From positions 1 to 64,000 of the forward strand of contig JBCCWC010000011.1 of the NCBI GenBank assembly GCA_039194325.1: 64,000 nt of DNA. Reading direction: 5' to 3'. The notes under the pieces were generated by a model. It had not been told where the DNA came from. It did not search any database and saw nothing but the letters and a program-made list of their open reading frames with translations. Positions 1 through 9,347 of this stretch are shown here, piece by piece; positions within the stretch are counted from its first letter, which is position 1, and every line of letters begins with the position of its first letter. The DNA is from Myxococcota bacterium (lineage in GTDB: Bacteria > Myxococcota_A > Polyangia > Nannocystales > Nannocystaceae). The position numbers were made by a program, and so were the translations under genes.

Positions 1-1847
1 AGCGAGAGGCGGCCGAGCAGGCGCAGAACCTCACGTCGGTCAATCTGTGCACCAAAGAAGAAAAGCGAGCGATCGCGGCCGCGATTGGTGATTTTCGTTT
101 CGACACCCACTTCGGCAAGGACATCAAGCGCTACCTCCTGCACGGGATCGGGCTGCATCATGCGGGCTTGTTGCCCAAGTACCGTACGCTGGTCGAGCGG
201 CTCTCGCAGCAGGGGCTGCTCAAGATCATCTCGGGCACCGACACCCTGGGGGTAGGGGTCAACGTGCCGATCCGCAGCGTGTTGTTCACCAAGCTGTGCA
301 AGTTTGACGGCGAGAAGGTCCGGATCCTGGCCGTGCGGGATTTCAAGCAGATCGCCGGTCGGGCCGGCCGCAAGGGATTCGACGATCGCGGCTGGGTGGT
401 CGCCCAGGCCCCCGAGCACGTCATCGAGAACAAGCGCCTGGAGGCCAAAATTGCCGCGGGCAAGAGCAACAAGAAGAAATTCGTGCGCAAGAAGCCGCCC
501 GAGCGCGGCTACGTGCCCTGGGACGAGTCGACCTTCCGCAAGCTCATCGAGTCCGAGCCCGAGGCGCTCGACTCTCGCTTCGGGATCACCCACGGCATGT
601 TGCTGACGGTGCTCGACCGTGAGTACAACGTGGACCAGCCGCATGGTGGCTACCGTCGGATCGTCGAGATCATCGGGCGCTCCTACGAGCGGTCCGGGGC
701 TCGCAAGCGCCACCGGCGGCAGGCGGCGCTGCTGTTTCGCCACCTGCGGAAGGCGGGGATCATCGAGTTCGAGCACCCCGCGGGCTGGCCTCGTCGCTGC
801 GTGCGGATGAGCCCCGAGCTACAGCGCGACTTCTCGCTGCACCACACCCTTTCGCTCTACTTGTTCGATGCGCTGGGCCAGATGGATCCCGAGCACCCCG
901 ACTACGCCCTCGACGTGCTGAGCCTGGTGGAGTCGATCCTCGAGAACCCTCGGGCGGTGCTCGTCCGCCAGCTCGATCATGCCAAGGGGGAGCTGGTGGC
1001 CCGGCTCAAGGCCGAGGGCATGGAGTACGAGCAGCGCATGGAAGAGCTGGAGCGGGTCGAATACCCCAAGCCCTGCGCCGACTTCATCTATCGCACCTTC
1101 GACGTGTTTCGGGTGACCCACCCTTGGGTGCGAGGGGAGAACGTCAGCCCCAAGGCGATCGCCCGCGATCTCATCGAGCGCTACGCGACCTTCAACGAGT
1201 ACGTCAAGGAGTATGGGCTGGGGCGTAGCGAGGGCGTTTTACTGCGCTACCTCAGCCAGGCCTACAAGACCCTCTTGCAGAATGTGCCGGCCGATCACCG
1301 CGACGACGACATGGAGGACATCATCGCGTATCTGCGCGCGACCCTGGCGCGGGTGGACTCGAGCCTGGTCCGCGACTGGGAGCGCATGCTCGCGGGCGGG
1401 AACCTCATCGAGGCCCGGCTGGCCGCCCAGCTCGAGCCCGAGGCCGAGGTCGAGCCGGCGGAGTACGATATCAGCGCAGATCCGCGGGCCTTCGCGGCCC
1501 GCGTTCGGGCCGAGCTGCACGCGATCGTCCGGGCGATCGCCCTGGGCGATCTCGAGGAAGCGATCGGAGGGCTGGCCGACGATCCCGAGGATCGCTGGAC
1601 GATCGAGCGGCTCGAGCAAGCCTTGGCTCCCGTGCTCGACGAGGAGGGCGAGCTCCACTTCGGCCCGCCAGCTCGCGCCCCTTCGCTGACCCGATTGCTG
1701 GCGGCGGGCGAGCGCCGCTGGTCAGTCGAGCACACGCTGATGGGCCCGGCCGGTCCCTCTCCGTGGCGTATTCAAGGGGAGATCGATCTACGGGAGCCCG
1801 ACGCCGCCGACGGTCCGCTCGTGCGTCTGCGCGCGGTCGCGGGCTGA
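1..1847 (+). CDS. DEAD/DEAH-box (Ski2-like) helicase with DUF3516-type C-terminus; 5' end lies outside the window
   Basis: Frame is open from base 3 (REAAEQAQNL...GIGLHHAGLLPKY). Helicase motifs GTDTLGVGVNVP and QIAGRAGRKG are present. Confidence 0.9.
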   Translation, partial: REAAEQAQNLTSVNLCTKEEKRAIAAAIGDFRFDTHFGKDIKRYLLHGIGLHHAGLLPKYRTLVERLSQQGLLKIISGTDTLGVGVNVPIRSVLFTKLCKFDGEKVRILAVRDFKQIAGRAGRKGFDDRGWVVAQAPEHVIENKRLEAKIAAGKSNKKKFVRKKPPERGYVPWDESTFRKLIESEPEALDSRFGITHGMLLTVLDREYNVDQPHGGYRRIVEIIGRSYERSGARKRHRRQAALLFRHLRKAGIIEFEHPAGWPRRCVRMSPELQRDFSLHHTLSLYLFDALGQMDPEHPDYALDVLSLVESILENPRAVLVRQLDHAKGELVARLKAEGMEYEQRMEELERVEYPKPCADFIYRTFDVFRVTHPWVRGENVSPKAIARDLIERYATFNEYVKEYGLGRSEGVLLRYLSQAYKTLLQNVPADHRDDDMEDIIAYLRATLARVDSSLVRDWERMLAGGNLIEARLAAQLEPEAEVEPAEYDISADPRAFAARVRAELHAIVRAIALGDLEEAIGGLADDPEDRWTIERLEQALAPVLDEEGELHFGPPARAPSLTRLLAAGERRWSVEHTLMGPAGPSPWRIQGEIDLREPDAADGPLVRLRAVAG

Positions 1848-1870
1848 GGGGTCGGGCTAAGGCGGGTGGG

Positions 1871-2380
1871 TTAGCCCTCGGGCTTCGGGCGGGCGCCGTA
1901 GTCGACGGCCACGATCGTAAAGTACGCCTCGCCCCGCGGCCTTCGGACCTCGACCTCGTCATCCACGTGCTTGCCCAGCAGCGCCCGCCCCATCGGTGAC
2001 TCCACGCTGATGTGCCCGTTGTCGGGGTCGGGCTCGTCGGGTCCGACCAGCCGATAGCACGAGCGCGCCCCGTCATCGTCTTCGATCGTCACCCAGGCTC
2101 CGAACCCCACCGTGTCCCCCGACGCGGCCTGGGCGGCCGGGTGTAGGATCTGCACCTTGTCGAGCCGACCCGAGAGGAACCGGAGCCGTCGGTCGATCTC
2201 GCGGAGCCGTCGCTTGCCGTACTGATATTCCGCGTTCTCGGAGCGATCTCCGAGCGCGGCGGCGGCCTCGACCTCGCGGGTAACCCGCGGCCGCTCTTGC
2301 TTCCACAGGTAGTCGACCTCGGCCTTGAGCTTTTCGTAGCCCTCGGGGGTGATGAAGACGGGGAGCTGAGCCTTGGCCAT
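1871..2380 (-). CDS. greB: Transcription elongation factor GreB
   Basis: ITPEGYEKLKAE..LWKQERP, AAALGDRSENAEYQYGKRRLREIDRRLRFL and ISVESPMGRALLGK. ATG at 2380; the ORF-track extension to 2599 is not used. Confidence 0.93.
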   Translation of the reverse strand: MAKAQLPVFITPEGYEKLKAEVDYLWKQERPRVTREVEAAAALGDRSENAEYQYGKRRLREIDRRLRFLSGRLDKVQILHPAAQAASGDTVGFGAWVTIEDDDGARSCYRLVGPDEPDPDNGHISVESPMGRALLGKHVDDEVEVRRPRGEAYFTIVAVDYGARPKPEG

Positions 2381-2614
2381 CGCGTTCGATCCTCGGGGCC
2401 CACGCCCAACGAGACACGGCGACGAGCGTGGGCCCGTCGCCGCGACTGACGAGTATGGCGCAACCCGGGCTCGACGGCGAGCGACGGCGGGGCAGAGCGG
2501 GCGAGCGGGGGGCCCACCGGCGGGCTCAGGCCCGCTCGGGGCGGCGCACGGCGAGCGCACGGCCGGTGCAGGGCAGGCTCTGGTGTAGGCCCCTGGCAAG
2601 GGGGCGGCGGGCCG

Positions 2615-2743
2615 CTAGCGATGGGGGTCGTCGGGGCCGGAATCGGGCGCTCGCTCGGTTCGAGGCTCGAGATCCTCGTCCTCGTCGTCTTCCCACGACC
2701 AGGCGGTGCCGAGCAAGGCGTCGATGTGTCGAATCACGGGCAT
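2615..2743 (-). CDS. Possible small acidic protein (42 aa)
   Basis: MPVIRHIDALLGTAWSWEDDEDEDLEPR... The composition is protein-like, but I recognise no family. Confidence 0.25.
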   Translation of the reverse strand: MPVIRHIDALLGTAWSWEDDEDEDLEPRTERAPDSGPDDPHR

Positions 2744-2891
2744 GGCCGCACCCTGCCGTAGAGGGGGGCCTGCCGGCCAGTTTTCGGCGATTTTTCGCTT
2801 CCCGCCCCCTATGCCATACTCAGCCCCCAACGGGGAGTCAATGGCTCAGCACTGGGGAACCGGACTGATCGAGAGCCGTGGGCAGCTCAAG

Positions 2892-3674
2892 ATGCCCAAG
2901 CTCGAGAAGGCCACCGAAAAGGCGCTCGCGCACCTGGGCTATGCGCAGCTCTACAAGGGCAAGAACCCGCCCGAGGTGGAGCCCGGCGAAGAAGACGCGG
3001 GCGACAAGGACAAGAAGGACAAGAAGGACAAGAAGGACAAGAAGAAGGTCGAGAACCCGGTGATCCCCGTCGAGCTGCTCGACAACGGGGACGGGGTGCT
3101 CGCCATCCGGGTCGGGGAGGAGCAGGTCGTACGCGATCTGGCCCGGCTCGTGTCCGAAGAGCTCAAGATCCCCTTCCGGGCCCTCATCACCCTCGCGTCG
3201 CTCTTCCATCGCCGCACGGTGCAGGTCAAGTGCCGCAAGTTCGACGTCGACGGCAGCTCGCTCGAGGAACTGCCGGTCATGGGGCACCACGACGCGGACA
3301 TCGGCGACCTCGAGCACAACGAGCTGCGCCAGCTCGACAACGCCATGAAGTCGCGTTTGGGTGACGTGGTCGACTCGTTCACCCGCGCCGAGGGCACCCA
3401 GGGCTTCAAGGTCAAGAAGGTCTTCCGCTACAAGCGTGAGATCAAAAAGCCCAAGTTCAGCAACGCGCGGATCGGCCGGCTGATGGCCCAGCTCGAGCGC
3501 TGCGAGTCCTGGGAAGTCGTGGTCGAGGGCGCGCAGCACATCGTCAAGCTCGTCTTGGCCGGCGGGGCCAAGAGCATGAGCTACGTCAAGGCAGAGGAAG
3601 TCGCCGAGCTCGAAAAAGCCCTGCAAGAGCGACCCGAGCTGCTCCGGCGGCGTACGGACAAGCCCGAGGGTTGA
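2892..3674 (+). CDS. Hypothetical cytoplasmic protein with an internal (DKK)n repeat
   Basis: Strong GC3 codon bias and globular-looking sequence MPKLEKATEKALAHLGY...; no recognised motif. Confidence 0.8.
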   Translation: MPKLEKATEKALAHLGYAQLYKGKNPPEVEPGEEDAGDKDKKDKKDKKDKKKVENPVIPVELLDNGDGVLAIRVGEEQVVRDLARLVSEELKIPFRALITLASLFHRRTVQVKCRKFDVDGSSLEELPVMGHHDADIGDLEHNELRQLDNAMKSRLGDVVDSFTRAEGTQGFKVKKVFRYKREIKKPKFSNARIGRLMAQLERCESWEVVVEGAQHIVKLVLAGGAKSMSYVKAEEVAELEKALQERPELLRRRTDKPEG

Positions 3675-4010
3675 GCCGGGTTGTTGATGCCGAGGCCGGC
3701 TCGGTATGCGCGACTTGGCTCGCAAGCAAACCCCGGCCCTCACTCCAGGTGAGGGCGATCGGTCGATCGCGGCGGTCCGGAGCCTTCGAGATCGTGGGCG
3801 ACGAGCCCGTGTCGGGCGTCCTACGCTCTGCACGAGGGCGATCACCCGCGTGCGGGTAGGGGGCAATTGCCTAAGAGGGTCGCCGGGCTTGCGGGCACGA
3901 CCCCCGGTAGATCCCGAGGGATCGTGGCCGGGCCCACAGTTTTGCTTGCGGATCGCCGCACCCTCTGCATCTTGAACGAGACGCGAGCGTCTCAAGGTCG
4001 CGTAGTTGCC

Positions 4011-4913
4011 ATGAAGATTTCGGACCTCATTCATCGAACGCGGATCGGCGCCCTCGGGCTGAGCTTGCTGTCGGCCGCTTGCATCATCACCACCGATGAC
4101 GACGACGGCGAACTCAACGACGACGGCACCGAGTCGGGCAATCCCCCGACCACCACCGGTCAACCCAACACCTCCGGCTCGCTCGACGATTCCGGGACCG
4201 GTGGCGGGACCGATGGCGGGACCGACACCGGGACCGGCAATGAAGTATGCGAGGACGCCCAGAACGTGGTGCTCGAGCCCGGCTTCGAGCAGGGGCCAAA
4301 GACCACGGCGTGGACGGTGACCTCGGCGGTCTTCGACACGGTGATCTGCGATGCCGGTTGCACCAACGAAGGGGGGGCCGAGCCCTACGCCGGGGACTAC
4401 TGGGTCTGGTTTGGTGGCCTCGAGGAGGGGGATCCGCCGGAGGAAGCCGTGGTCGAGCAGGACGTCACGATCCCCGCCGGAGACGAGGCTCAGCTGAGTT
4501 TCTGGTTCCAGATCCGCAGCGGGGCGGGGACGGGCAACGACGTGTTCTCGGTCGACATGGTCGACGGCGACATCGTCGACAACCTGTGGATGGTCACCGA
4601 TCTCGACATGCCGTCCTATGCCGATGAGTATCGCCGGATCGATCTCGACGTCACCCCCTGGGCCGACGGAGGCACGTATACCCTGCGCTTCTCCACCTCG
4701 ATCCAAAACGACGCCCTGACCAGCTTCTTCCTCGACGAGGTCGAGCTCGTGGCCTGTTCTGCCGAGGCGGGGACCAGCAGCGGCACGGCCACCGAGGGGG
4801 AGGACACCACCGCGGGCTCGACGGGGACGACCGGTGAGACCGAGGGCGCGACCAGCACGGGCACAGGCACGGGCACGGGCACGGGCACGGGCACGGGTAC
4901 CTCCGGCGGCTGA
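4011..4913 (+). CDS. Lipoprotein with Gly/Thr-rich linkers and a jelly-roll/CBM-like domain
   Basis: Signal peptide with lipobox LSAAC. NVVLEPGFEQG...W and LSFWFQ...FFLDEVEL suggest a beta-sandwich. Ends in a (GT)n tail. Confidence 0.8.
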   Translation: MKISDLIHRTRIGALGLSLLSAACIITTDDDDGELNDDGTESGNPPTTTGQPNTSGSLDDSGTGGGTDGGTDTGTGNEVCEDAQNVVLEPGFEQGPKTTAWTVTSAVFDTVICDAGCTNEGGAEPYAGDYWVWFGGLEEGDPPEEAVVEQDVTIPAGDEAQLSFWFQIRSGAGTGNDVFSVDMVDGDIVDNLWMVTDLDMPSYADEYRRIDLDVTPWADGGTYTLRFSTSIQNDALTSFFLDEVELVACSAEAGTSSGTATEGEDTTAGSTGTTGETEGATSTGTGTGTGTGTGTGTSGG

Positions 4914-4953
4914 GGTGAGCCGGAGTCGGGCCGGAGCTGCAAGCGCTTCGGGT

Positions 4954-6567
4954 TCAGGACGGGGGCGGAGGCGTGAGCGCTTTGGTCCCCGTCGCGTTGG
5001 TCTTTGTTATTTCTGGGCCCGACGAGCTCGACGGGGCCGACCCGTCGCGAGGGCCGTCGCCGCAGGCTCGCCACCACCACGTTAGGTAGGCGCTCGCGGC
5101 CAGCCCGATCCCGACGAGCCCCAGGTAGATCCGCCACGGTCCGGGGTGGCCGTGCTGGGCCAGCCGCCACGCCTGCACGACGAGCACGTCGAGGGGCAGC
5201 GAGAAGAACCCCCAAAGGGGGCTGGCGCTGGGGACCCAGTGCGAGCGGACCAGGTACCCCATCTGGGGCGTCCCGGTCTTCATCAGCCGCAGCATCCACT
5301 CGAAGATGCTGTGCAGCGACAGGTGTAGCGCGACCAGGACACAGCCGGCGAGGACCAGCCCCACCGCCACCCGGCGGCGGCGACCCGCGGTGCGTAGATC
5401 CTCCAAGACCTCGGCCAGGGGCAGCAACAACAAGGGGATCAGCGGCACCAGGTACCGAGGCCCGATCCCCCAGCCGCCCCACCAGTCGCTGCGCGTGGAG
5501 ACGAAGGCCCAGCGGATCACGGCCAGGCTGATCACCATCCCGGCGGCGGCCGGGTGCCGTGCGATCGACCGCCGCCAGCCCCACAGCGCGACGAGCAGAG
5601 CGGGCGAGTAGAGCAGCAGGCTGCGTCCGGGTCCCACCAGCTGGCCGACGAGCCCGGCGAAGGGGGCGACGAAGTACCCGTAGTGATCGTAGCGGCCGGT
5701 CTCCCACGGACTGCCGAAGCGGATCGCCTGGGTCACCCCGAGCAGCACCGGCCCTATCGTTCCCAATGCCACCGCGCCGACCCAGGCGCGGCGCTCGGTG
5801 GTCCAGGCCCCGTCTCGATGCAACGGAACGAGGGCGTAGCCGAGCAGGCACGGGAGCGCCAGCAGGTTGAGCACGTGGATGTGGACGGTCAGGCCGGCAA
5901 GCAGACCCGCGGCCCATAACCGGCGGTGTGCGGGTTGGCGGTGGGTTCGTTGCCGACGCGATCGATGGAAGCGGGCGATCGCGGTGGCACATGCCAGCAG
6001 GGCCGCGGCCGACAGCGGCTCGGAGAGGAAGGTGCCGCTGTAGGCCCAGGCACTGGTGCCGAATGCATAGACCAGCCCGGTGAGCATGGCGATCCGATCG
6101 CGGTAGCCCAGGGCCCGGAGCCACTCGACCAGCAGCAACACGGCGAAGGCGGTGACCAAGCAGTTGGTGAGGCTTACCGTCAGCCGTGGCCAGTCGGCCT
6201 GCGGGGAGCGGCGATGCATGAAGAAGTGATCCGATCGGATCACGTGGCGCCACGCCGGCGGTGCCTCGGTCGTCGCGACGCGACCCAGACCATAGAGCGG
6301 CAGGGCGACCACCGACAGCGCGTGCCCGAAGAAGCCGTAGCGCCGGCCGTCCACGCCAGGGGCCCAGCCGAACGTGCCGTCGGGTCGACCCCGGGGCTCA
6401 CCGGTACGCTTGGGGATCCCCTCGATCGCGAGATCGCCTCGCTCCCAGAGCGATTGCGTAGTCTGGAAGACGATCTCGTCGTCGGGATAGAGGATCCGAC
6501 CCGGCGCGCAGCACAGGTATACGACCACACACAAAAGCCACAGGGCGAGGCGTGGCCGGGTGCTCAA
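4954..6567 (-). CDS. Polytopic membrane protein, GT-C-like (lipid-carrier-dependent glycosyltransferase)
   Basis: Many hydrophobic helices, acidic PDDE motif after the first helix, FLSEP, and WWGGWGIGPRYLVP. Confidence 0.7.
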   Translation of the reverse strand: MSTRPRLALWLLCVVVYLCCAPGRILYPDDEIVFQTTQSLWERGDLAIEGIPKRTGEPRGRPDGTFGWAPGVDGRRYGFFGHALSVVALPLYGLGRVATTEAPPAWRHVIRSDHFFMHRRSPQADWPRLTVSLTNCLVTAFAVLLLVEWLRALGYRDRIAMLTGLVYAFGTSAWAYSGTFLSEPLSAAALLACATAIARFHRSRRQRTHRQPAHRRLWAAGLLAGLTVHIHVLNLLALPCLLGYALVPLHRDGAWTTERRAWVGAVALGTIGPVLLGVTQAIRFGSPWETGRYDHYGYFVAPFAGLVGQLVGPGRSLLLYSPALLVALWGWRRSIARHPAAAGMVISLAVIRWAFVSTRSDWWGGWGIGPRYLVPLIPLLLLPLAEVLEDLRTAGRRRRVAVGLVLAGCVLVALHLSLHSIFEWMLRLMKTGTPQMGYLVRSHWVPSASPLWGFFSLPLDVLVVQAWRLAQHGHPGPWRIYLGLVGIGLAASAYLTWWWRACGDGPRDGSAPSSSSGPEITKTNATGTKALTPPPPS

Positions 6568-6570
6568 TCT

Positions 6571-7005
6571 TCAGCCCGAAGTACCGCCACCCGCCATGCA
6601 CATGGACGTGTCGAAGGTGCACATCTCGGCGTCGCAGGCGAGGCCGTCGCCCGAGAGGCCCAGGCTGTCGCAGGTGAAGTTTTGCAGGTCGAGGCCATCG
6701 CACTGCTCACCGGCGTCGACGACCCCGTTGCCACACATCCCCGGCAGGGGAGCACCGCTGCTCGAGCTGCCGCCGGGTGTCGCGCCGGTGCTGTCGGCGC
6801 TGGCATTGCTCGTGGATGCCGCGTTGCCCGAACCCTGACCGGTCGCGGACTCGTTGGCGGTGCCGCTGCCGGTGGTCGAGGCGGCGGTGGTGTTTCCCTG
6901 CGAGTTGCCGGCCGTGAAGTTCGCGGGATCGTCCACATCCTGCGTGCATGCCGCGAGACCGAGAATGAGGAAAGCCACTGCCCCCTGTCGAACCATGATG
7001 TCCAC
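6571..7005 (-). CDS. Small lipoprotein with Ser/Thr/Gly linker and myxobacterial Cys-rich repeat
   Basis: Lipobox LAAC and CGNGVVDAGEQCDG...C..LG...G.L.C...C.FDTSMC. The start may be the ATG at 6996. Confidence 0.8.
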   Translation of the reverse strand: MDIMVRQGAVAFLILGLAACTQDVDDPANFTAGNSQGNTTAASTTGSGTANESATGQGSGNAASTSNASADSTGATPGGSSSSGAPLPGMCGNGVVDAGEQCDGLDLQNFTCDSLGLSGDGLACDAEMCTFDTSMCMAGGGTSG

Positions 7006-7112
7006 TTTGGCTCGTCGACGCGCAGGTGGTCAAGTGTCTGATAAAGCGTGCGCTCACGATCGCGCCGCCTGATTCGAGGCGGAATTCTCGGCGCGATGCG
7101 GTGTCGAGATCC

Positions 7113-7174
7113 CAGTCCTCGCGGAGCAGTCCTCGCGGAGCAGTCCTCGCGGAGCAGTCCTCGCGGAGCAGTCC
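7113..7174. repeat. Intergenic tandem repeat, 14-bp unit CAGTCCTCGCGGAG x4.4
   Basis: Read directly from the sequence. Confidence 0.95.
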
Positions 7175-7180
7175 CGAGGG

Positions 7181-7420
7181 TCAGCGACGGTCCTTCATCC
7201 CGCGGATCTGCCAGATCGCGATCGCGCCGCCAAACAGCACCCCCAAGCACGCACCTACGATGGGACCCCAGCCTCCCGAGGATTCCGACGATGCGGCGGT
7301 GTCCTGCGAAGGGGCGGGATCGACCGTCGTCGCCGCCGATGCGATCCCGGCCGATCCGAGCAGCAGACCGGACAGCACCCCTGCGCCAAGGATTCGACGG
7401 ATGAACGAAGGACCGGGCAT
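7181..7420 (-). CDS. Small secreted/membrane-anchored protein (79 aa)
   Basis: Signal peptide MPGPSFIRRILGAGVLSGLLLGSAGIASA, short S/T/A-rich spacer, C-terminal TM helix and basic tail MKDRR. Confidence 0.6.
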   Translation of the reverse strand: MPGPSFIRRILGAGVLSGLLLGSAGIASAATTVDPAPSQDTAASSESSGGWGPIVGACLGVLFGGAIAIWQIRGMKDRR

Positions 7421-7658
7421 GGTACCCAGAGGATAACGCTCTGGGGCGCGCGCGCGAGCGATCGTGCGCCGAGGTGTTGAGGTCGTGCCAGTACCCGCAA
7501 TGAAGCGTTGCCAGGTCACGACCAGTTGCACGGGTGAGCTTGACGACCGTGCGTGCGCGAGGTGTCGATCGGGGGCATAAAGCCACAAACGATGTTTGAT
7601 AGGTTGAACGCGCCCGCTGCGCTTGATCGGTTCGACTGCACCAGTATAGAGTCGAGGG

Positions 7659-9347
7659 GTGCTGGGGGGAGCACAGACAGACCCGGTCTTGGGGATGCCC
7701 GGGGGACACTCGCAGCTGGGCAAGTACCAGCTGCTGCGGCGCATCGCGACCGGCGGCATGGCGGAGTTGTTCCTCGCGCGCGCAACCGCGATCCATGGAT
7801 TCGAAAAGCTGGTGGTGCTCAAGCGGATCCTTCCGCAGCACGCCGAGAGCGAGGACTTCATTCGCATGTTCCTCGCCGAAGCGCGGCTCGCCGCCACGCT
7901 CCATCATCCCAATATCGTCCAGGTCTACGACATCGGTGAAGAAGGTACGACCTACTTCTTCACCATGGAGTACGTGCAGGGGCAAGACCTACGCCGACTC
8001 GTTCGGGCCGCCCGCAAGGCCCAAAAGGCCCTGCCGCTGGAGCACATCCTCCATATCGTGATGGGGGTGGCCGCGGGGCTCAATCACGCCCACGAGAAGA
8101 TCGGTCTCGATGGTCGCCCGCTCGGGATCGTCCACCGCGACGTCTCACCTTCGAACGTGCTGGTGACCTACGAGGGCGGGGTCAAGATCGTCGACTTCGG
8201 GATCGCCAAGGCGGCCACGGCTCAGACGGCAACCATCGCGGGCACCCTCAAGGGGAAGATCCCATACATGTCGCCCGAGCAGTGTCGTGGCGAGGCGGTC
8301 GACCGGCGAAGCGACATCTTCTCGATCGGTACGCTGCTGTGGGAGTTGACGACCGGGTCGCGGCTGTTCACCGGCGAGAACGAATTCTCCATCATCAATC
8401 GGGTGGCCGCGGGGGACGTGCCCCCGCCGAGCTCCGTGCGCGAGGACTACCCGCCCGAGCTCGAGGCCATCGTGATGCGGGCGCTGCAAGCGGACCGCGA
8501 GCTTCGCTACCCCTCGGCGCAAGATCTCCAGATCGATCTGGAAGACTTCGCCCGCGAGGCGCGGCTGCCCGTGTCGTCAGCACGCATGGCCAAGTTCATG
8601 CGCGGGCTGTTCAGCGAGGAGATCCGACAGGCGACGCTTCAGCTGCAGAGCGATCGCCTCGACGAGCAGCCCACGATGCGCCGACCCGCGCTGTCGCGAG
8701 ACATGCTCGAGTCGGCGAGCAGCATGACCGGTGCCGCTCCCTCGCGGGATTCCGAGTCGGTCGAGGTGACCCCCTCGGAGATCCGGGCCGACCAGGTCAT
8801 GGCCACCCCGGGCCCGGCCGGGGGCGGCTACGCGACCGACGTGACCTACGAGGAGCGCAAGCGAGGCTCGGCCGGGGTGGTGCTCGCGGTGATCACCACG
8901 TTGCTCGCGGTGTTCGGTGCGGCCGCCCTCGTATGGTTCTTCGTGCTCGACGCGGCGGATGCACGCAAGGACGGCGATGCCAAGCAGGATCGTACGCCCG
9001 CGGTGATCGTGGAGAGCCCGGCCCCATCTTCGTCGTCCAAGCCCGCGTCGAAACCGGAGCCGGAGTCCGAGGCCCCCAAGGCGGATCCTCCCCGCGCCAA
9101 GGCGGAGCCCGCCGACGAGCCCGCGCCAGACGCGGCCGGGCCGGACGATCCGAAGGAGTTCCCAGAGTCCGACGCCGAGGCCCCGACGGACGAACCCTCG
9201 GCCGACCCGAAAGATGATAAGACCGAGGCCGCGGACTCGTCCCCCAAGCGGGGGCACCCCAAGCGGGGCAATTCCAAGCGGAAGGACCCCAAGGGATCGT
9301 CCGAACCCAAGCCAAAATGGGATCCCAACTCCCCGCTGCCCCAGTGA
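7659..9347 (+). CDS. Transmembrane Hanks-type Ser/Thr protein kinase
   Basis: IATGGMAELF, VVLKRIL, HRDVSPSN, DFGIAK and YMSPEQ. One TM helix, then a Pro/Glu/Lys/Asp-rich tail ending KWDPNSPLPQ. Start is GTG 7659 or ATG 7695. Confidence 0.95.
   Translation: MLGGAQTDPVLGMPGGHSQLGKYQLLRRIATGGMAELFLARATAIHGFEKLVVLKRILPQHAESEDFIRMFLAEARLAATLHHPNIVQVYDIGEEGTTYFFTMEYVQGQDLRRLVRAARKAQKALPLEHILHIVMGVAAGLNHAHEKIGLDGRPLGIVHRDVSPSNVLVTYEGGVKIVDFGIAKAATAQTATIAGTLKGKIPYMSPEQCRGEAVDRRSDIFSIGTLLWELTTGSRLFTGENEFSIINRVAAGDVPPPSSVREDYPPELEAIVMRALQADRELRYPSAQDLQIDLEDFAREARLPVSSARMAKFMRGLFSEEIRQATLQLQSDRLDEQPTMRRPALSRDMLESASSMTGAAPSRDSESVEVTPSEIRADQVMATPGPAGGGYATDVTYEERKRGSAGVVLAVITTLLAVFGAAALVWFFVLDAADARKDGDAKQDRTPAVIVESPAPSSSSKPASKPEPESEAPKADPPRAKAEPADEPAPDAAGPDDPKEFPESDAEAPTDEPSADPKDDKTEAADSSPKRGHPKRGNSKRKDPKGSSEPKPKWDPNSPLPQ

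Noticed and set aside
2838..4706. Long antisense ORFs (also 4616-6253, 6564-7985, 45490-47886, 58668-60149 and others)
   Set aside because: They lie opposite to, or out of frame with, motif-bearing genes. This is expected from stop-codon scarcity in high-GC DNA.
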